A stretch of DNA of 64,000 nt. It comes from Candidatus Oxydemutatoraceae bacterium (GTDB taxonomy: Bacteria > Pseudomonadota > Gammaproteobacteria > Poriferisulfidales > Oxydemutatoraceae). Where the stretch lies: positions 1,856,001 to 1,920,000 of the forward strand of contig OZ244717.1 in NCBI GenBank assembly GCA_965218975.1, given 5' to 3'. Position numbers and translations under genes: made by a program. Below are positions 1 through 8,399 of this stretch, piece after piece (the first letter of the stretch is position 1; the number at the start of each line of letters is the position of its first letter). The notes beneath the pieces were generated by a model. It saw only the letters and a program-made list of their open reading frames with translations. It did not search any database and had not been told where the DNA came from.

Positions 1-971
1 TCGCGCTTCAGTACGACCGGTTCACCCTCGCGGGTAAAATACAACTCGGTTTTATAAGGCGCGTGGCCGGTACGTCGGGCGCGCTCAGCATTCGCAGTCT
101 CATCAACCAGCCGAAATTCAAGCGTCGCAGTCGCTCCGAGAATTTCCTTCGCTTGCGCGGTATCTTGTACGCCGGGCAGCTGCACAACGATCCGTTCGCG
201 TCCGCGCCGCGTAACGACCGGTTCGGCAACGCCCAGCTCGTTCACACGTTTGCGCAATGTAATGATATTTTGCTGAACCGCAAAATCAAAAGTTTCTTTG
301 ATTGTCCGCTCGGATAAAACCAACAATAAGCGATCCTGAATTGAAGTTTCCGGTTCAAATTCAAACACACCCGGCAAACGTTTTTGTATAAACCGTAGCG
401 CCTGTTGTTTATGTTCCGGGTTGATAAATTCTATCGCCAGCATTTTATTTTCCACCTGACTATCGCGATAACGAATTTTTTCTTCGCGGAAGTAAGCCTT
501 CAATTCGTCTTGGTAGCGATCCAACGCTTTTGCCAGTGCGGCGTCACTGTCAACGGACAGCAAAAAATATACCCCTCCGCGCAAATCCAAACCTAGATTC
601 ATTGGTTGCGCGCCAAGCCGTTTCAGCCAAGCGGGAGTTTTTGACGCAAGGTTGAACGCGACCACGTAGCGATCGGACAAAGCTTGTTTCAACGCCTCAA
701 CCGCACGCAACTGAGTCTGCGTATCTTGCAAATGAATCAATAAGCTGCCGGCAGAACTTGCTTCAACGGCAAGGTTTGCGGCATCCACCAAATTCGCTCG
801 CGTCAGAATATCAATGATCTCCTTATGATCAGCCGAGGTCAGCGCATGTTTCTCGTGCGAGACTTGCACCGCGGGGACTTCGGGATAAACATTCGGTAAA
901 GCGTAAATAATCGACGCAACAAGCACCGTGCCGATCAGCAGATATTTCCACCAAGGATAATGATTTTGCAT
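1..971 (-). CDS. secD: Protein translocase subunit SecD, 5' part, runs off the window edge
   Basis: ATG at 971 reads MQNHYPWWKYLLIG...; contains the PMNLGLDLRGGVYFLL signature; directly downstream of yajC; not in the ORF track because no stop lies in the window. Confidence 0.95.
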   Translation of the reverse strand, partial: MQNHYPWWKYLLIGTVLVASIIYALPNVYPEVPAVQVSHEKHALTSADHKEIIDILTRANLVDAANLAVEASSAGSLLIHLQDTQTQLRAVEALKQALSDRYVVAFNLASKTPAWLKRLGAQPMNLGLDLRGGVYFLLSVDSDAALAKALDRYQDELKAYFREEKIRYRDSQVENKMLAIEFINPEHKQQALRFIQKRLPGVFEFEPETSIQDRLLLVLSERTIKETFDFAVQQNIITLRKRVNELGVAEPVVTRRGRERIVVQLPGVQDTAQAKEILGATATLEFRLVDETANAERARRTGHAPYKTELYFTREGEPVVLKR

Positions 972-994
972 TTGGAAATTAGCGGCTGTCGCCC

Positions 995-1333
995 TTAACT
1001 GCTATTGCTTATCGTCCCCTTCGGAATCACCGACGAGATGGATTGTTTTTGCACTTTGACGATCACATCTTTGTGTATCTCAAGATCAATCAAAGACTCA
1101 TGAATTCGAGCAACCTTCCCGAGCAGCCCTCCGTTAGTAATGACCTCATCCCCTTTCGACAAGGATACAAGCAATGCTTTGTGTTCTTTGCTCCGTTTAC
1201 TCTGCGGGCGAATGACCAGAAAGTACATGATTAAAAAAAATATTCCAATCATCACAAGCAGTTCAATGCCCGGCCCCGACGACGACCCCGCGGCCGGCTG
1301 CTGCGCCCATGCGTCTGAAATCAATAAACCCAT
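995..1333 (-). CDS. yajC: Preprotein translocase subunit YajC
   Basis: MYFLVIRPQSKR and GDEVITNGGLLGKV motifs; start set at ATG 1333 (MGLLISDAWAQ). Confidence 0.95.
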   Translation of the reverse strand: MGLLISDAWAQQPAAGSSSGPGIELLVMIGIFFLIMYFLVIRPQSKRSKEHKALLVSLSKGDEVITNGGLLGKVARIHESLIDLEIHKDVIVKVQKQSISSVIPKGTISNSS

Positions 1334-1539
1334 TGTGTTCCCAATCAATGCTTATAAAAGCTCTGCATTATCGCATATTTTCAATACGATAAGAAATTTT
1401 CGCACGGTGGACCATCCGGCGGAAAACATAGCGCCGGCAAGGGGGAATGACTGCTACAAAGAATAAGAATATTTTTCATTGGTTAGCAAATGCGCGGATA
1501 AAGTAAAACGCCCACAAAGAACACATCTGTCGGGGTTGG

Positions 1540-2475
1540 TCAATATTCAGCAAAGGCTACGACATTGGCTGACGTTACCTTTACCGCATCAACGCCCATC
1601 TTCTCTTGCTTAAAAAGCAATGAATAATTCTCCGTGTAACTAGCAGCGTACTTGGCATTTTTTTCATCTAGCATATCTACGACTTTCTGCGCATCTTTTT
1701 CACTAGAGCACTGTTTCGCCCATTTCGTATTGGCTATTCTTTCCGAAACGGAGTTTTGTATCGCGCGTTTTTCCGGCGACAAACGCTTGATTTTTTTTTT
1801 GAACTGAATACTGCATCTCATCAGAAGATCGGTATCTTCGTAACCGACCGCTTCCAAACGCTCGTTATAGCCGTTCAATTGTGAAAATTCGTACGCGCCC
1901 AGTCCGATTCTTCCATGCGAACCGTCAGGGTATATTCCGCTCCAACCATGGACGACAGAACTGAATATACACTCCTTGAGCAAAAAATCGACCTCTTTCG
2001 GAGTGATATAGTTGTCCGCATCAAGGTTAAACAAATACAATCCGCTCGCGTTGATGTGCGACGTGTTTTTTGCCGTCGACATGTGGAAGCTGCGCATTTT
2101 GTCGCTGATAAAGTATTTTAAATACCCGCTGTCAATCTCGCTCTTAAAGTTATTTCGTATCCATTCATCCGTTTCCTCGCCTTCGTAACCGATGATGAAA
2201 TTCACTAAAACAAATTCGATATCCGCCGCAAACTTTTTATTCTTTCCCAGATTTTCCGGCAAGGTTCGGACAATATGCGCATGCCGGTTCATAACAGGAA
2301 CGCAGAAGGATATTTTTTTCCGCTTAGTATTTGCTAAAAACAAATACCGATAAACAGAATACAAAATTATTTTGCTGCGCAGCATCCTGCGCAGTAGCGA
2401 AAGATATAAAAAGGATACGGTTTTCTTTATAGTAAATGATCTTAGGCGAATTAATAACTTCGTTATCACAGTCAC
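1540..2475 (-). CDS. GT-A fold glycosyltransferase (GT2/GT7-C-like), single module, copy 5 of the array
   Basis: ISFCVPVMNR N-terminal strand, LFNLDAD DxD motif, LNGYNE...GYEDTDL motif; GTG start overlaps the upstream TGA. Confidence 0.8.
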   Translation of the reverse strand: MTVITKLLIRLRSFTIKKTVSFLYLSLLRRMLRSKIILYSVYRYLFLANTKRKKISFCVPVMNRHAHIVRTLPENLGKNKKFAADIEFVLVNFIIGYEGEETDEWIRNNFKSEIDSGYLKYFISDKMRSFHMSTAKNTSHINASGLYLFNLDADNYITPKEVDFLLKECIFSSVVHGWSGIYPDGSHGRIGLGAYEFSQLNGYNERLEAVGYEDTDLLMRCSIQFKKKIKRLSPEKRAIQNSVSERIANTKWAKQCSSEKDAQKVVDMLDEKNAKYAASYTENYSLLFKQEKMGVDAVKVTSANVVAFAEY

Positions 2476-5400
2476 GTTTGTTCGTTACAAGCCGATATTG
2501 GCTGGTTTACCTTGACCGCATCAACGCCCATTGTCCCCTGCTTAAAAAGCAATAAATAACTCTTTGTGCAACTATAAGCGTACTTGAGATTTTTTTTATC
2601 TAGCATAGCTATGACTTTCTGCGCATCTTTTTCACTAGAGCACTGTTTCGCCCATTTCGTATTGGCTATTCTTTCCGGAACGGAGTTTTGTATCGCGCGT
2701 TTTTCCGGCGCCAAACGCTTGATTTTTTTTCTGAGTTGAATGCGGCACCTATTCAGAATATCGGCATCTTCGTAACCGATCGCTTCCAAGTGCTCGTTAT
2801 AGCCATTCAATTTTAGAAATTCATACACGCCCACTCCGATTCTTCCATGCGAACCGTCATCATGAACCCCGCTCCAACCATGGACGACAGAACCGAATAT
2901 ACATTCCTTGAGCAAAAAATCGACCTCTTTCGGAGTGATATAGTTGTCCGCATCAAGGTTAAACAAATACAATCCGCTCGCGTTGATGTGCGACGTGTTT
3001 TTTGCCGTCGACATGTGAAAGCTGCGCATTTTGTCGCTGACAAAGTATTTCAAATACCCGCTGTCAATCTCGCTCTTAAAGTTATTTCGTATCCATTCAT
3101 CCGTTTCCTCGCCTTCACGACCGATAATAAAATTCACTAGAACAAATTCGATATCCGCCGCAAACTTTTTATTCTTTTCCAGATTTTCCGACAAGGTCCG
3201 AACAATGTGTGCATGCCTGTTCATAACGGTGATGCAAAAGGATATTTTTTTTCGCTTGGTATGCGCTAAGAACAGAGCGCGATAAACGGAATACAAAATT
3301 ATTTTGCTGCGCAACATCTTTTGTAGCAGTGACAGATATAAAAAAGATACGCTTTTTATCACCATTGATCTTAGGAAAATTAATAACTTCGTTATTATGG
3401 TCCTGTTCGCTCGTTGCGAGTTGCTATCGTCTATCGTTACCTTTATCGCATCAACGCCCATCTTCTCTTGCTTAAAAAGCAATAAATAATTCTTCGTGCA
3501 ACTAGCAGTGTGCTTGATATTTTTTGCATTCAGCATATTTCTGACTTTCTGCGCATCTTTTTCACTAGAGCACTGTTTCGCCCATTTTGTATTGGCTAAT
3601 TTTTCCAAAGCAGAGTTTTGTATCGCTTGTTTTTCCGGTGTCATCCGCTTAATCCTTTTTTTGAGTTGAATACTGCACCTCTTCAGAAGGTCGATATCTT
3701 GGAAACTAAAAGCCTCCAGAGACTCGTTATAACCGTTTAATTTTAAAAATTCATACGCGCCCACTCCGATTCTTCCATACGAACCGTCATGATAAACCTC
3801 ACTCCAACCATGGACGACAGAACCGAATACGCACTCCTTGAGCAAAAAATCAACCTCTTTCGGAGTGATATAGTTGTCCGCATCAAGATTAAACAAATAC
3901 AATCCGCTCGCGTTGATGTGCGACGTGTTTTTTGCTATCGACGCGTGAAAGTTGCGCATTTTGTCGCTGACAAAGTATTTTAAATACCCGCTGTTAATCT
4001 CGCTCTTAAAGTTATTTCGTATCCATTCATCCGTTTCCTCGCCTTCACGACCGATAATAAAATTCACTAGAACAAATTCGATATCCGCCGCAAACTTTTT
4101 ATTCCTTTCCAGATTTTCCGGCAAGGTTCGGACAATATGCGCATGTCGATTCATAACAGAAATGCAGAAGGATATTTTTTTCCGCTTAGTATTTGCTAAA
4201 AACAAATACCGATAAACGGAATACAAAATTATTTTGCTGCGCAGCATCTTTTGTAGCAGTGACAGATATAAAAAAGATACGCTTTTTATCACCATTGATC
4301 TTAGGAAAATTAATAACTTCATTATCACAGTCCTGTTCGCTCGTTGCGAGTCGCTATCATCTATCGTTACCTTGACCGCATCAACGCCTATTTTCTTTTG
4401 CTTAAAAAGCAATGAATAATTCTCCGTGCAACTAGCAACGTACTTGATATTTTTTGCAATCAGCATACTTCTGACTTTCTGCGCATCTTTTTCACTAGAA
4501 CACTGTTTCGCCCATTTTGTATTGGCTAATTTTTCCAAAGCAGAGTTTTGTATCGCTTGTTTTTCCGGTGTCATCCGCTTAACCCTTTTTTTGAGTTGAA
4601 TACTGCACCTATTTCGAAGATTGGTATCTTCGTAACCGATCGCTTCCAAACGCTCGTTATAGCCATTCAATTTTAGAAATTCATACGCGCCCAGTCCGAT
4701 TCTTCCATGCGAACCGTCATCATGAACCCCGCTCCAACCATGGACGAGAGAACCGAATATACACTCCTTGAGCAAAAAATCGACCTCTTTCGGAGTGATA
4801 TAGTTGTCCGCATCAAGGTTAAACAAATACAATCCGCTCGCGTTGATGTGCGACGTGTTTTTTGCCGTCGACATGTGAAAGCTGCGCATTTTGTCGCTGA
4901 CAAAGTATTTCAAATACCCGCTGTCAATCTCGCTCTTAAAGTTATTTCGTATCCATTCATCCGTTTCCTCGCCTTCACGACCGATAATAAAATTCACTAG
5001 AACAAATTCGATATCCGCCGCAAACTTTTTATTCTTTTCTAAGTTTTCCGGCAAGGTCCGGACAATATACGCATGCCGATTCATAACAGAAATGCAGAAG
5101 GATATTTTTTTCCGCTTAGTATTTGCTAAAAACAAATACCGATAAACAGAATACAAAATTATTTTGCTGCGCAGCATCCTGCGCGATAGCGAAAGATATA
5201 AAAAGGATACAGTTTTCTTTATAGTAAATGATCTTAGGCGAATTAATAACTTCGTTATTATGGTTCTGTTCGCTCGTTGCGGGTCGCTATCGTCTATCGT
5301 TACCTTTATCGCATCAACGCCCATCTTCTCTTGCTTAAAAAGCAATAAATAATTCTTCGTGCAACTAGCAGTGTGCTTGATATTTTTTGCATTCAGCATA

Positions 5401-6191
5401 TTTCTGACTTTCTGCGCATCTTTTTCACTAGAGCACTGTTTCGCCCATTTTGTATTGGCTAATTTTTCCAAAGCAGAGTTTTGTATCGCTTGTTTTTCCG
5501 GTGTCATCCGCTTAATCCTTTTTTTGAGTTGAATACTGCACCTCTTCAGAAGGTCGATATCTTGGAAACTAAAAGCCTCCAGAGACTCGTTATAACCGTT
5601 TAATTTTAAAAATTCATACGCGCCCACTCCGATTCTTCCATACGAACCGTCATGATAAACCTCACTCCAACCATGGACGACAGAACCGAATACGCACTCC
5701 TTGAGCAAAAAATCAACCTCTTTCGGAGTGATATAGTTGTCCGCATCAAGATTAAACAAATACAATCCGCTCGCGTTGATGTGCGACGTGTTTTTTGCTA
5801 TCGACGCGTGAAAGTTGCGCATTTTGTCGCTGATAAAGTATTTTAAATACCCGCTGTCAATCTCGCTCTTAAAGTTATTTCGTATCCATTCATCCGTTTC
5901 CTCGCCTTCACGACCGATAATAAAATTCACTAGAACAAATTCGATATCCGCCGCAAACTTTTTATTCCTTTCCAGATTTTCCGGCAAGGTTCGGACAATA
6001 TGCGCATGTCGATTCATAACAGAAATGCAGAAGGATATTTTTTTCCGCTTAGTATTTGCTAAAAACAAATACCGATAAACGGAATACAAAATTATTTTGC
6101 TGCGCAGCATCTTTTGTAGCAGTGACAGATATAAAAAGGTTATGGTTTTTATCACCATTGATCTTGGGCGAATTGATAACTTCGTTATCGC
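1560..6191 (-). repeat. Tandem direct repeat, 5 units of ~930-933 bp (approx. 5262-6191, 4329-5261, 3399-4328, 2472-3398, 1540-2475)
   Basis: Long stretches of DNA recur at 930/933-bp spacing; shadow ORFs recur at 1860/1863-bp spacing. Confidence 0.95.
2472..6158 (-). CDS. 1228-aa glycosyltransferase made of four near-identical GT-A modules
   Basis: Four ~310-aa repeats, each with ISFC.VMNR, FNLDADNY and NGYNE motifs. Confidence 0.85.
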   Translation of the reverse strand: MVIKTITFLYLSLLQKMLRSKIILYSVYRYLFLANTKRKKISFCISVMNRHAHIVRTLPENLERNKKFAADIEFVLVNFIIGREGEETDEWIRNNFKSEIDSGYLKYFISDKMRNFHASIAKNTSHINASGLYLFNLDADNYITPKEVDFLLKECVFGSVVHGWSEVYHDGSYGRIGVGAYEFLKLNGYNESLEAFSFQDIDLLKRCSIQLKKRIKRMTPEKQAIQNSALEKLANTKWAKQCSSEKDAQKVRNMLNAKNIKHTASCTKNYLLLFKQEKMGVDAIKVTIDDSDPQRANRTIITKLLIRLRSFTIKKTVSFLYLSLSRRMLRSKIILYSVYRYLFLANTKRKKISFCISVMNRHAYIVRTLPENLEKNKKFAADIEFVLVNFIIGREGEETDEWIRNNFKSEIDSGYLKYFVSDKMRSFHMSTAKNTSHINASGLYLFNLDADNYITPKEVDFLLKECIFGSLVHGWSGVHDDGSHGRIGLGAYEFLKLNGYNERLEAIGYEDTNLRNRCSIQLKKRVKRMTPEKQAIQNSALEKLANTKWAKQCSSEKDAQKVRSMLIAKNIKYVASCTENYSLLFKQKKIGVDAVKVTIDDSDSQRANRTVIMKLLIFLRSMVIKSVSFLYLSLLQKMLRSKIILYSVYRYLFLANTKRKKISFCISVMNRHAHIVRTLPENLERNKKFAADIEFVLVNFIIGREGEETDEWIRNNFKSEINSGYLKYFVSDKMRNFHASIAKNTSHINASGLYLFNLDADNYITPKEVDFLLKECVFGSVVHGWSEVYHDGSYGRIGVGAYEFLKLNGYNESLEAFSFQDIDLLKRCSIQLKKRIKRMTPEKQAIQNSALEKLANTKWAKQCSSEKDAQKVRNMLNAKNIKHTASCTKNYLLLFKQEKMGVDAIKVTIDDSNSQRANRTIITKLLIFLRSMVIKSVSFLYLSLLQKMLRSKIILYSVYRALFLAHTKRKKISFCITVMNRHAHIVRTLSENLEKNKKFAADIEFVLVNFIIGREGEETDEWIRNNFKSEIDSGYLKYFVSDKMRSFHMSTAKNTSHINASGLYLFNLDADNYITPKEVDFLLKECIFGSVVHGWSGVHDDGSHGRIGVGVYEFLKLNGYNEHLEAIGYEDADILNRCRIQLRKKIKRLAPEKRAIQNSVPERIANTKWAKQCSSEKDAQKVIAMLDKKNLKYAYSCTKSYLLLFKQGTMGVDAVKVNQPISACNEQT

Positions 6192-6431
6192 AGCCCGATA
6201 TGTTTGCTCGTTTCGGAGATACTCATAAAGAATTTTCTTGATCTTCGGAGATTATAGCGGACGGTTAACTTAGCGGTGAAATAAACGCTTTATTCGGATT
6301 ATACGCTTCAATCCGCACATTGTAGCAGCTTTGTACGATGCCACCCTAAATGGGATTTTTGAAGCGCTTCGGGAGAAGCGTTCGGCAGTAACATTCGGAT
6401 TGATGCTTTCTGTCCGTTGCCGGGTGAGACG

Positions 6432-6463
6432 CGCCGCTGAAAACCGATCGGTTTTCAGCGGCG
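6432..6463. repeat. Perfect 32-bp palindrome CGCCGCTGAAAACCGA|TCGGTTTTCAGCGGCG
   Basis: Two 16-bp arms are exact reverse complements with no spacer. Confidence 0.9.
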
Positions 6464-6569
6464 AACGACCCGACAAGGACGTCGGGGCTGGCGCTCATTG
6501 ACAGAACCAAGTCTCGTCATGGATGACAGGCACTGCGCTAAACATCCGGCACAATCCGCTGACAATCTG

Positions 6570-6871
6570 CCGACGCCTCTTGCGCGGTGCTTTGGTGCGG
6601 TCATGCAAGGCGCTGAGCCCAGTGCGGCGATAGCGCCAGCGCCAGCGGTACAAAGTACTGCGACCGACCTTGAATGCGTTCGGGAGTTACAACCCTCCCA
6701 AAATGAGGGCATCGTGTTTCTATTGAAGATTAGAGCGCTCATGAGCCTCCATTCTTGAAGCTAAATTGGCTCATATAGAAACCTTTGATGCGGTGGCCGA
6801 TGTGTTGATATTGCATATCGGTCACCTTTTTGAGTTAAGCCGTGAGTCTCATATGTATCTGGCACTATACA
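6570..6871 (-). pseudogene. Decayed IS481-type element: left end plus transposase N-terminal HTH fragment
   Basis: The minus strand begins TGTATAGTGCCAGATACATATGAGAC, then AAGG-N8-ATG at 6816 (MQYQHIGHRIKGFY); after frameshifts and a stop it reads AFKVGRSTLYRWRWRYRRTGLSALHDRTKAPRKRR, resembling IS481-family HTH regions. Confidence 0.7.
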
Positions 6872-6906
6872 GGTGCTTGTACGATACCGAAACAAACTGC
6901 GGTTTA

Positions 6907-6915
6907 TGTTACAAT
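6907..6915 (+). promoter_or_regulatory. Candidate extended -10 promoter (TGtTACAAT) for the fucosyltransferase gene
   Basis: TGn-TACAAT lies ~30 bp upstream of the in-frame TTG at 6946. Confidence 0.4.
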
Positions 6916-6945
6916 TCGCACGCCAATGCCACATGTTACTCGCCG

Positions 6946-8031
6946 TTGAATTCGCCTACTTTTCATTATTATTACCTCGCTGATTTTCCGCTTAAAAGGT
7001 TCCTGTTCATCTCGTCCTTATCCAAGCAAAACCACCGATATATCTATGATGATCGTAATCCGGATGTTATTTTCATTCCGGCTGATAGGAATAAACCTTT
7101 TATAAAAATCCTGAAAATGCGCTGGCGCTTCGGCTGGAAGCCGGTTCTAGTGTCCGTATGCGGCGAAGCTTACAAACCCTTTATTAATAGTGGTATGGAT
7201 TTCTCTTTTTCCTACTTTCCCAATCGCGGCAAAAATTGTTTATCCCCCTCATATTCTTTTCAATACTTGCTGGAAGGGAAACAGAACGGCAATATTCGAA
7301 AGTGGCTTAAAACTCCCAAGACACGCTTTTGTAATTTTGTCTATAGCAATACCACAAAGAAGGCTACCTATGTGCGAAGAAATTTTTGCCGGCTGCTGGC
7401 GAAAAATAAAAAAGTTGATTGCATCGGAAAATCCCTTTTCAACATGCCGGAATATAAGCCGGACTACAGCACGTGCGAAGCAACCTCGTCTTTTCTAAAA
7501 CCCCACAAACCCCACCTCGAAAAATTAAACTTTCTTGCGCACTATAAATTTACCATCGCTTTTGAAAACAAGTCGCAGGAAAATTATATTACAGAAAAGA
7601 TTTATCATGCTTTTATGGCGGGAAGCATTCCCATTTACTGGGGCAGCCCCAATATCGCAGAATATTTCAATCCGGCGGCATTTATCAATTGCCATCACTA
7701 TAGAACGTTTGACGACGTCGTCGCAAGAGTTAAGGAGATAGATAATAACCCTACACTATACAAAGAGCACCTTACCGCGCCGGTTCTTCTACCCGACTCG
7801 CGATTGCACACTATCATGCGTGACAATGTTCGTCATTATGATAGGATAATCAAAGAAATTTTGACCCGGCGGGGTAAGAGAGGATACCTGTTGTTGCATA
7901 AGTTACGCACGATTTTATTTGCTATCCGGCACTTTAGACAAACTGCTGCACATTTGCACATTCCCGCAAATAAGCTGATGAAATTATTTAGGCTAGCGCA
8001 AATTAAATTACGGAAAGCGGCCACTCGATAA
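6946..8031 (+). CDS. GT10 alpha-1,3/4-fucosyltransferase family protein
   Basis: FCNFVYSN and YKFTIAFENKSQENYITEKIYHAFMAGSIPIYWG motifs; start moved from 6766 to TTG 6946 because the upstream part is the IS remnant. Confidence 0.9.
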   Translation: MNSPTFHYYYLADFPLKRFLFISSLSKQNHRYIYDDRNPDVIFIPADRNKPFIKILKMRWRFGWKPVLVSVCGEAYKPFINSGMDFSFSYFPNRGKNCLSPSYSFQYLLEGKQNGNIRKWLKTPKTRFCNFVYSNTTKKATYVRRNFCRLLAKNKKVDCIGKSLFNMPEYKPDYSTCEATSSFLKPHKPHLEKLNFLAHYKFTIAFENKSQENYITEKIYHAFMAGSIPIYWGSPNIAEYFNPAAFINCHHYRTFDDVVARVKEIDNNPTLYKEHLTAPVLLPDSRLHTIMRDNVRHYDRIIKEILTRRGKRGYLLLHKLRTILFAIRHFRQTAAHLHIPANKLMKLFRLAQIKLRKAATR

Positions 8032-8036
8032 TAAGC

Positions 8037-8129
8037 TGGCGGAGAGAGAGGGATTCGAACCCTCGATGAAGCTATAAACCCCATACTCCCTTAGCAGGGG
8101 AGCGCCTTCAACCGCTCGGCCATCTCTCC
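8037..8129 (-). tRNA. tRNA-Ser(GCT)
   Basis: GGAGAGATGGCCGAGCGG...CTCCC-CT-GCT-AA-GGGAG, long variable arm, GGTTCGAATCC, CCA end. Confidence 0.97.
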
Positions 8130-8146
8130 GTGCATCAACCGATTCA

Positions 8147-8317
8147 TCACTTGGTGTCGCTTTTTATCTTTTCATAAACTTCTTCGCGGTAGACCAAAAC
8201 ATTCTTAGGTGCGTTGATGCCGATTCTTACTTGGTTGCCTTTTATCCCAAGAATCGTTACTGTAATTTCATCGCCGACCATCAAAGTCTCTCCGGCTTTG
8301 CGTGTTAAGATCAGCAT
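8147..8317 (-). CDS. csrA: Carbon storage regulator CsrA, 56 aa, below the ORF-track cutoff
   Basis: [48 protein letters not shown]; GGAGG SD; conserved lysC-csrA-tRNA-Ser order. Confidence 0.97.
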   Translation of the reverse strand: MLILTRKAGETLMVGDEITVTILGIKGNQVRIGINAPKNVLVYREEVYEKIKSDTK

Positions 8318-8399
8318 GCCTGTCCTCCATATGACAAGTCTTTATTATAGCGAACGATGCCGCCTGTCAAAAATAACCGCGTAACGGATCTTCGGTCAG

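Noticed and set aside
1540-6191. GT array as a CRISPR array or DGR
   Set aside because: Units are ~930-bp coding repeats with no spacers, and no cas or RT genes are present
6766-6945. N-terminal extension of the fucosyltransferase ORF
   Set aside because: It overlaps the IS481-type end and a likely promoter, and shows no GT10 character
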